Assembly: GCF_018420025.1 (NCBI RefSeq)
Contig: NZ_JAEDAM010000002.1
Location: forward strand, 1 to 27,919
Direction of reading: 5' to 3'
From: Candidatus Vampirococcus lugosii
GTDB taxonomy: Bacteria > Patescibacteriota > Gracilibacteria > Absconditabacterales > Absconditicoccaceae
DNA length: 27,919 nucleotides
The first letter of the stretch is position 1. Every line of letters starts with the position of its first letter. Both the position numbers and the translations under genes were made by a program. This document shows positions 19,760 through 27,919 of this stretch, in pieces. The notes beneath the pieces were generated by a model. The model did not search any database. It was not told where the DNA came from and worked only from the letters and a program-made list of their open reading frames with translations.

Positions 19760-21250
19760 ATGTGAAAAAAAATTAATTCAATTTTAACTGTATTGCCATT
19801 AAGTATTTGAGCTTGTTGAGTTGATAATGAAAATAATAATTTCTTTTGAAAAGATGATGTAATATCGCAAACTAGTGATAGTTTGTCTTGTTTGTTTTGT
19901 AATTTAGATGATTTGCAAGAAGAAATAAGTATTAATAATGTATGAAAATATAAATTTAAATGAAATGTTTTTAAGCTAGATAAATCAGAAATAGAAACAA
20001 ACAAATTTGAAGATATATCAATATATGATTTTGATTTTTATGAATTATCACAAGGTGATTGACTTTGATCCATTGCTTCCAATTTTTGATATTCTTATAC
20101 TGATAAAGATTTTGTAAAAAGATTTTTGACTATAAACTGATTGATAATAGATTCTTGAGGACATTTAAAATTTAAAGATTCAAATAGATTTATAAGACCT
20201 TGAGATGTTGTTTTTTTCAAAAAAGATTTTGATTGATATATTGGAGATATCATAAATGAAGATTTTGATATTGATTTTTACAATAAATATTATAGTATGG
20301 AAAAATGAATCTATTTGGATCAAGAAAAAGTTGAGTGACTTATATCTTCTATGAATGCAACAATAAGTTATATGAAAAATGAAAATAATAAAATTTATGT
20401 AAAAGATGATTTATATGTTGAAAAATTAAAATATAAGTTAGAACATGAGTTGGATAATATAAAAACTATATATGATCTATATGAAATAAGAAAATATATT
20501 TTATCAATTTGTAATGATCTTAATAAATATATAGATTATGATATGGTATCTGATATGAATATTGTGGATTTGTTTGATTATATGGCGACATTGTATAGAC
20601 TAGATATTAGTAGACAGTATTTTTCTAGTTTAACTTGAGATGAATTTTTGCAGTTAGTGAATGAAAGATGACTTTGAAATATTATAGATTGATTGAAAAT
20701 TAAAAGAATTCATAATTTTACTGAATATAGTAATGAAAATTATGAAAATTATAGAAATTATATATCAAATTTTTTTGAAGAAAAATCTTGAATTTTCCCC
20801 GAAAATTTGGATTTATCTGAAGTAAAAGATTTGTTTTATTGATTAATTTATTTGGAATCAAAATATCATATTTATAATAAGTCTCATACTTGAGTTATAT
20901 GAATTGCTCAAACTACAAAATATATTTATATGTGAAAAGATTCTGTTGATTCAAAAGATAAATATGATTATATTTTTGATGAAACTACAAATCCATTTAA
21001 TCCTGAGGAAAATATAGAAAGATGAATTCAATATATTGCTTTTTTGTATAGAAAATTTGCTAATTATTCAAATTGAGAATTTGATATTCATGATATAGTT
21101 TTTACTGCATACAATAGAGGTCAATGAAATATTTCTAGACTTTTGAAAAAATATTGAACTAATTGGAGAAATTATATAAATAATAAAGAATGAGAAAATT
21201 ATTATTCAAAAGTAATTGGTTCAAAAAATAAATTAACATCTAAAACTTAA
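19760..21250 (+). CDS. Lipoprotein with LysM-like domain and C-terminal SLT lytic transglycosylase domain
   Basis: ATG 19760, TAA 21248-21250, 496 aa. Signal and lipobox MGKKINSILTVLPLSIGAC. LysM-like YELSQGDGLGSIASNFGYSYTDKDFVKRFLTINGL...IRPGDVVFF. SLT core LIYLESKYHIYNKSHTGVIGIAQTT...NPEENIERGIQYIAFLYRKF...TAYNRGQGNISRL. Confidence 0.8.
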
Positions 21251-21280
21251 TTGTTTATTTAATATAAAAATAAATTATTT

Positions 21281-21628
21281 ATGTCAAATATATCAAAAAA
21301 AAATAAATGATATTTTTCTGAAGAAATAGTTAAAAATTATTATATAAATAATTGATTTAAATTTATAGAACAAAATTTTACGGTTAAATGATGAGAATTA
21401 GATTTAATCTTTTCTAAAGTTTGATCTTTAAAATTTATTGAAGTTAAAAATATTGATTGAATTAATGACTTATTTGATTATATTACTAAAAAGAAGTTGA
21501 ATTTTTTAATAAAAACTATAAACATATATCTATACAAATTTGATATAACAAATATTGATTATAGTTTGGATGTAGTTTTTGTTAAAAAAAATGAAATTTA
21601 TGAAATCTATGATAATATATGAATTTAA
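21281..21628 (+). CDS. yraN: YraN-family (UPF0102) endonuclease-like protein
   Basis: ATG 21281, TAA 21626-21628, 115 aa. GYFSEEIVKNYYINNGFKFIEQNFTVKGGELDLIFSKVGSLKFIEVKN ... YSLDVVFV is the classic YraN pattern. Confidence 0.8.
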
Positions 21629-21645
21629 CAATAATTAAATAATAA

Positions 21646-22962
21646 ATGAAAAGAACGAAAAAAATATATATATTTATGTTGTGAATTATATTTTGATTTT
21701 GAGCAACTTTTTTATGATTTTATTATGTTTACTCAAATAATTTAAATTGAGAAACTAGTATGCTTATTGGTACTAATGATATGATAAAAGATATTAAAAC
21801 TAGATTATCACAAATAAATATTTGATATGATAAAGATAAAAGTTATAAAAATAATGTTGATATAAATTCAAATGAAAATTATGAAAGATTTAAAGAAATT
21901 TGGGATATATTAGATGATAAATATTATTATCAAGAAGATTTGGATTATGATAAAATGATGGAATCAGCTATTAAATCATTTGTTGAAGCAACATGAGATC
22001 CATATAGTGTTTATCTTCCTGAAGATCAAAACAAATCTTTTCAAGAATGACTTGAATGATCACAAGATTTTGAATGAATTTGAGCAGTAGTAAGTAAAAG
22101 ACAAGATTGAGTTCTTATTGAAGAAGTAATTCAATGAGCACCTGCATTCAATTCTGGTATGAAACCTATGGATATTATTTTGGAGATAAATTGAGAGCCA
22201 ACAAAAGATCTTAGTTTATCTGAAGCGGTAGAAAATATTCGTGGTCCAAAATGAACTGAAGTAAATTTAAGAATTCTTAGAACTATTGATTGAGATAGAG
22301 AATTTATAGATCTTGAAGTAATAAGAGATGAAGTAAATGTTCCATCTGTAAGATGAGATATTAAGACTGAAAATTGATATGATGTATGATATATTAAAAT
22401 ATCTATATTTGGTGAAGATACAGAAAAAGCATTGAAAGAAGTTATTAAAAATTTTGAAAATAGTAATATTGATTGAATTGTTGTAGATCTTAGATGAAAT
22501 GGTTGATGATTTTTGCCGATGGCAGTTAGTATTGCATCTTATTTTCTTCCTGAATGAGAAACTGTTGTCAAAACAAAATATAAAGATTTGCCATCTGAAG
22601 ATTATACTTCTTATGGTTATATGGATTTACAAAATTTGCCAGTAGTAGTTTTGGTAGATGAATTATCTGCATCTGCATCTGAAATAATTGCGGCCGCTTT
22701 GAGAGAATGAATAGGTGCTAAATTAGTTTGAAATAAAACTTTTGGTAAATGATCTATACAAACATTAAATGATTTTGATGATAACTCTTCATTAAAATAT
22801 ACTATTTGAGCTTGGTACACACCATCTGGAAAAACTGTAGATAAAGAATGATTAGAACCTGATTATGAAATTGATTTAGATGTTGAACTGTATCAAGAAG
22901 AAAATACTGATACTCAATTACAAAAAGCATTAGATGTTTTGAAAGAAATGATTTGAAATTAA
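21646..22962 (+). CDS. S41-family C-terminal processing peptidase (PDZ domain)
   Basis: ATG 21646, TAA 22960-22962, 438 aa. N-terminal TM, PDZ region GIGAVVSKRQDGVLIEEVIQGAPAFNSGMKPMDIILEINGEP, DLRGNGGG, catalytic region VLVDELSASASEIIAAAL, and TFGKGSIQT. Confidence 0.92.
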
Positions 22963-23065
22963 ATTTTTATTAAAAAATAAATAATTTTTATTTATATTTA
23001 AATAAATGTTATGGATATATAATATATTTGTAATATTATAAACTTAAATTTTAACTAAATTTTTT

Positions 23066-24088
23066 ATGTATTTTGTTGTTTTTTGAAAGAATATAGAATT
23101 ATCAAAAATAGAATTAAATATTCTAAATCCTAGTAATCTTAAAATTGTTTGAAATGTAGCTTTTTTTGAAACTGATAATTATGATTTTTTATCAAAATTG
23201 TCTGGTATAGTTAAATATTGAAAACTTATAAATGAAAATGAATTTGTTTTTGATCCAAAAGTAATTCTATGAACTAATAATCTTGATTTTGCTAATTATA
23301 TTAAAAAAAAATATTGAATAAAAAGATATAAAATAATTTGATTACAAAATACGGATTTGGAGATAAAAAATAAATGAATAGAAATTTTAAATTTTGATTG
23401 AAAATGTTGTTTAGTAAAATGATATCAAAATATTGATTTATATTCAAATATTGATTATGATAAAAGTATAAGTGGTATGAATGTTGGTATGATGCCTAGT
23501 AAGTTAACTCATCTTATGATAAATTTATGAATTTTTTCTTCTGATAATTTTGTAAATAATTTATCTATTTATGATCCTTTTGTTGGTTTTGGTACTACAT
23601 GATTTGTAGCTAATTGATTGTGATATAATTTTATTTGAAGTGATATAAATATAAGTTCTGTCAAAAAAAATCTTAAATGGCGAAATGAAACGAATTTTGT
23701 AAATAATGATAAAAAATTTACATTATATAAACATGATGTAAATGATTTGTTTAAAAAATCTTTTCTTAAAAATGTAAATGTTATAGTATCAGAATGATTC
23801 TTATGACCTTTGGTAAGTAGAAAAACTAAAAAACATGAATATATAAATAATCAAAAAAAAGTATTGGAACTTTACAAAAGATTTTTTGATAATGTAATAG
23901 CTTTTTGGTGAAAAAATAATATAAATTTATGTATTACATTTCCATATTATTTGGAGTCAGACTCAAATTTTTTGGAAACAGAATTATCTTTTCATATAAA
24001 AAACTTATGACAAAAATTTTTTGTACCAAAAACTATTTATCACAGAAAAAAACAACTTGTTTGAAGAAAATTTATTATTTTTGAATAA
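23066..24088 (+). CDS. SAM-dependent RNA/DNA methyltransferase, UPF0020 (Trm14/RlmL-like) type
   Basis: ATG 23066, TAA 24086-24088, 340 aa. MPSKLTHLMINLG and the SAM-binding motif IYDPFVGFGTTGFVANGLGYNFIGSDIN. The N-terminal region resembles a THUMP-like module. Confidence 0.7.
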
Positions 24089-24148
24089 ATAATTTAAATT
24101 AATTAAAATAAAATTTATTATTTTATATGTTTTTAATACAATTATTTT

Positions 24149-25714
24149 ATGTTTTTGTTAAATTATTTAAAAAATAAATGAGTATTTAATGAATTTGCTG
24201 ATAAATCACAATTAAAAAAAGATATATTATCTTGAATAACAGTTGCTCTTGCATTAATTCCAGAATCAATTGCATTTTCTTTTGTAGTATGAATTAATCC
24301 TATAATATGATTACATACTTCTTTTATAATAGGACTTATTACTGCTATTTTTGGATGAAGACCAGCTATGATATCTGCTTTTACATGAGCATTGGCTTTA
24401 ATTATGGGTTCATTGCTTTCAAGTTATTGAATAGAATATCTGTATTTAGCAGTTATTTTAATGTGAGTAATTCAAATTATATTTTGATTTTTATGATGAG
24501 GAAAATTGTTTAGATTAATTCCTTATACTGTTATGTTGTGATTTTTGAATGGTTTGGCAATATTAATATTTTTGGCACAAATTAAACATTTCAAAATAGA
24601 TTGAGAATGGATAGCTTGATATGATGCTATTATTATGATATTTTTGGTTTTATTGACTATGTTTATTATTTATTTTTTACCCAAAATTACTAAATCAGTT
24701 CCATCTGAATTAGTTGCTATAATTGTTGTAACATTAATAGTTTTTTTGATACCTTGATTTGATGATACTAGAACTATATATTCATATTTAATTGAAAATG
24801 GTTTTGATTCGCTTGTTTGATCACTTCCAAGTTTTAATATTCCTGAAATACAAGATTCTATTTGGAAAATGTTGTATGTAACTTTACCAGTATCATTAAT
24901 GCTTTTTGCAGTATGAACTATTGAAACTCTTATGACATTATGATTAGTAGATGATCTTACAGATAGTAGATGAAAATCAAATAAAGAAGTAAAATGACAA
25001 TGACTTGCAAATATAATATCTTGATTTTTTTGATGAGTAGCTTGATGTGCTATGGTTGGACAATCTGTTATTAATGTAAAAAATTGATGAAGGTGAAGAA
25101 TATCATGAATTACTGCATCTTTAGTATTAATGATGTTGATTTTATTTGCTGTTCCATTTATTAATTTAATACCTATAGCCTCATTAGTTTGATTAATGTT
25201 TATGGTTGTTATATGAACATTTGCTTGGCCAACATTAAAAATGTTAAATAAAATACCTATAGCAGATAGTTTTGTTATAATTTTGACTACTCTTATTACT
25301 GTTTATACTCATGATCTAGCTTTGGCAGTTGTTATTTGAGTGGTAATATCAGCATTAGTTTTTGCTTGGCAAAAATCAACACATATTGAAGCAAATAGAT
25401 ATATTGATAATAAATTAATTACACATTATGAATTAGATTGACCATTATTTTTTGCATCTGTAGAAAGATTTAATTGCTTATTTGATTTGGAAAAAGATAC
25501 TAATGAAATAATAATAGATTTTGCTAAATCAAGAGTTATGGATCATTCAGCGATTGAAGCTATAAATAATTTAACAAGTAGATATAGGAAAAAATGAAAA
25601 ATACTACATTTGAAACATTTGTCAAATGACTGTAAACAAATGATTAAAGATGCAGATGAAATAATTGATGTAAATATTTATGAAGATCCTAAATATAAAG
25701 TTGCTAATATTTAA
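24149..25714 (+). CDS. SulP-family inorganic anion transporter with C-terminal STAS domain
   Basis: First in-frame ATG 24149, TAA 25712-25714, 521 aa. Motifs seen: [87 protein letters not shown]. STAS region YELDGPLFFASVERF...DFAKSRVMDHSAIEAI. Confidence 0.92.
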
Positions 25715-25811
25715 TTTTTGCTATTTTATAAAAAAAATAATTTATACTTGAATTTAAATAATAATTTATTAGTATAAGTAAACTTTATTATTAATTAAAT
25801 TAATTTATACA

Positions 25812-27068
25812 ATGTACAAAATAACAAATTTGTTATCTCGTGAAGTTTTGGATTCTAGGTGAAATCCTACTGTAGAAGTAGATATTGAATTATCAAATAA
25901 ATATTTGTGAAAAGCTATAGTTCCATCTTGAGCATCTACTTGAATACATGAAGCTCTTGAACTTAGAGACAATGATAAAAATAGATATTTATGAAAATGA
26001 GTATTAAATGCAGTATCAAATATAAATAATATTATCAAAAAAGAATTATTAAATAAAGAATTTATAAATTTTGAAGAATTAGATAATTTTTTGATAGATT
26101 TAGATTGAACAGAAAATAAAAATAAATTATGAGCAAATGCTATATTATGAGTTTCTATGGCTTTTGTTTGTGCTTGTGCTAAACAGGAAGATAAAAAATT
26201 ATTTGAATTTATATCAAATTGAAAATGAAAAGTTTTACCTATTCCTCTTATGAATATTATAAATTGAGGTTCTCATTCAAATAATAATCTTGATATACAA
26301 GAATTTATGATTGTACCTGTATGAGCTGATAATATAAAAGAAGCTATAAGAATGTGAGCAGAAGTTTTTCATAATTTGAAAAAAATATTGAATGAAAAAT
26401 GACTTAGCACTTGAGTTTGAGATGAATGATGATATGCACCAAATTTGGAATCAAATGAAAATGCATTAGAAGTAATAATACAAGCTATAAATAAAGCTTG
26501 ATATAATACAGAAAATATAAAAATAGCTTTGGATGTTGCTGCTTCAGAATTTTATTATGATGGAATTTATAAATTAAAATGAGAAGGAATAGAATTAGAT
26601 AGTAAATGATTAGTAAATTACTATGAAAATTTAATAAATAAATATCCTATCATTTCTATAGAAGATTGAATGGACGAAGATGATTTTCAATGATGGAAAG
26701 ATCTTAATAATTCTATTTGAGATAAAATTAAATTAGTATGAGATGATCTTTTTGTTACAAACATAAATAGATTAAAAACTTGAATAGAACAATGACTTGC
26801 AAATAGTATATTGATCAAACTTAATCAAATATGAACTGTTTCAGAAACATTAAATGCTATAAATATGGCTTATAAATCTTGAATGTCTTGTATTATATCT
26901 CATAGATCTTGAGAAACAGAAGATACTTTTATTGCTGATCTTTCTGTTGCTGTTAATTCTTGATATATAAAAACATGATCTTTATCTAGAACAGATAGAA
27001 TTGCTAAATATAATCAATTATTGAGAATAGAAGAAGAACTTTGATCCAAATCTAAATATTGAAATTAA
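25812..27068 (+). CDS. eno: Enolase (phosphopyruvate hydratase)
   Basis: ATG 25812, TAA 27066-27068, 418 aa. Motifs seen: SREVLDSRGNPTVEV, VPSGASTGIHEALELRD, INGGSHSNNNLDIQEFMIVP, VGDEGGYAP, LVGDDLFVTN, ILIKLNQIGTVSET, SHRSGETEDTFIADL. I counted about three dozen in-frame TGA, all at Gly positions. Confidence 0.97.
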
Positions 27069-27091
27069 CTTCAATTATTAACTAAAATATT

Positions 27092-27643
27092 ATGACAAAA
27101 GAAGAAATTTTAAATAAAATAAATTGGGATAATTATTGAATTGGTAATTGTAAGATTTTTATAAATTTGTTTGATAAAGAAATTCCTTTTATTTTTTTTA
27201 AAGAAGATGATTTAGAAATAAGTATTACAGATAAAATGATTGAATCTGTAAATAATATATTAATGTTGGATAAATCTAATCTTGATATTATTAAAAAAAT
27301 GTTATGGGAAGAATGTCAATTTTCTTTTACAATAGGGGACTATGGTTGTGAATTAAAAGAATGAGAAACTAATTTAGATACTAACTTAAAACATTTTTGA
27401 GTTTTAAATAAAGAAGATTCTTATTTAAAAAGTAAAATTAAAGAAATACATATTTGTGAAGAAAATGATATATTAAATTGATGTTATTCAGAAATCAAGA
27501 TAGATTCTATTTCTGATAATTTAATTAGCATTATAATAAAAAATTGAAAAATAATTGATTTTGATTATAATGGTACTTATTTAGGTTGGTTTGATAAAGA
27601 TGAACAGTATGCAAAAAATGCAAGGGCAAGAGTATTGAAGTAG
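27092..27643 (+). CDS. Hypothetical cytoplasmic protein
   Basis: ATG 27092, TAG 27641-27643, 183 aa: MTKEEILNKINWDNYGIGNCKIFINLFDKEIPFIFFKEDDLEISITDKMIESVNNIL... I recognise no catalytic motif. Confidence 0.6.
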
Positions 27644-27689
27644 AAAAAAATATATTTTTGATAAATAAAGGGAATAGTTGATTTATTTT

Positions 27690-27919
27690 AAGATTTTAGA
27701 TTAAAAGTTAAAGATTTATTACAAGAATATACATTAAATACATTATTAACTAAATTAAAAAATATAAGTAAAGTTTGTTTTAAAATAGATAATATACATA
27801 TAAATAAAGTAGAATAAATAAATGAGCTTCAAGAAAAAAATTTAAATTATTTAAAATAAGATTATAAAATTTATGTAGTACATAAAAATATTTTTATATT
27901 ATTCTAAATCCTTGTTTAA
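27690..27919 (+). repeat. Non-coding direct repeat, copy 2 (partner at 3555-3777), truncated by the window edge
   Basis: Aligns base for base with 3555-3777 (AAGATTTTAGATTAAAAGTTAAAGATTTATTACAAGAATAT...). It ends in TTCTAAATCCTTG, which is the left arm of the hairpin seen complete in copy 1. Confidence 0.85.

Noticed and set aside
3555-27919. The 24-kb segment bracketed by the ~225-bp direct repeats as an integrated mobile element or prophage with att-like ends
   Set aside because: The interior is dominated by core housekeeping genes (argS, valS, efp, elp3, eno, ctp). There is no integrase, transposase, tRNA target or phage structural gene. The repeats look like copies of an independent small unit rather than element boundaries.
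1-27919. TGA=Trp (table 4, Mollicutes-type) as the explanation for the in-frame TGAs
   Set aside because: TGA aligns with invariant glycines ([18 protein letters not shown] context, DLRGNGGG), not tryptophans. Conserved Trp positions use TGG.

Overview
This is a very AT-rich bacterial chromosomal window in which TGA is a sense codon for glycine (translation table 25). That recoding is known from Gracilibacteria/Absconditabacteria (SR1) in the Candidate Phyla Radiation. The supplied ORF track treats TGA as stop, so it shows only fragments and many antisense or out-of-frame artefacts. I retranslated both strands by eye with TGA=Gly, which gives 29 tightly packed CDS. Housekeeping genes: the 3' part of htpX, gatC, fusA, argS, valS, efp, a bacterial Elp3 homologue, yraN, an S41 C-terminal processing peptidase, a UPF0020-type methyltransferase, a SulP/STAS transporter and eno. 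These are interleaved with small secreted, lipoprotein and membrane proteins of unknown function. I saw no rRNA, tRNA, CRISPR array, transposase or integrase. Five things stand out. (i) argS carries an in-frame TAA exactly where a conserved Gln (CAA) is expected, and the adjacent FemAB-family gene is frameshifted at a (TA)n tract. (ii) A ~130-nt conserved non-coding element occurs twice in opposite orientation, each time directly upstream of and co-oriented with a gene for an exported protein. (iii) A ~225-bp non-coding direct repeat occurs after fusA and again at the right window edge. It begins just after a promoter-like sequence and ends in a strong terminator hairpin, so it is a candidate sRNA family. 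(iv) A translationally coupled operon encodes a DUF360/holin-like protein, a 2-TM miniprotein and a tail-anchored HTH/coiled-coil protein. (v) A T4SS-pilin-like protein and Bat-like (degenerate VWA) proteins flank efp. All product calls rest on motif recognition by eye, not on database searches.
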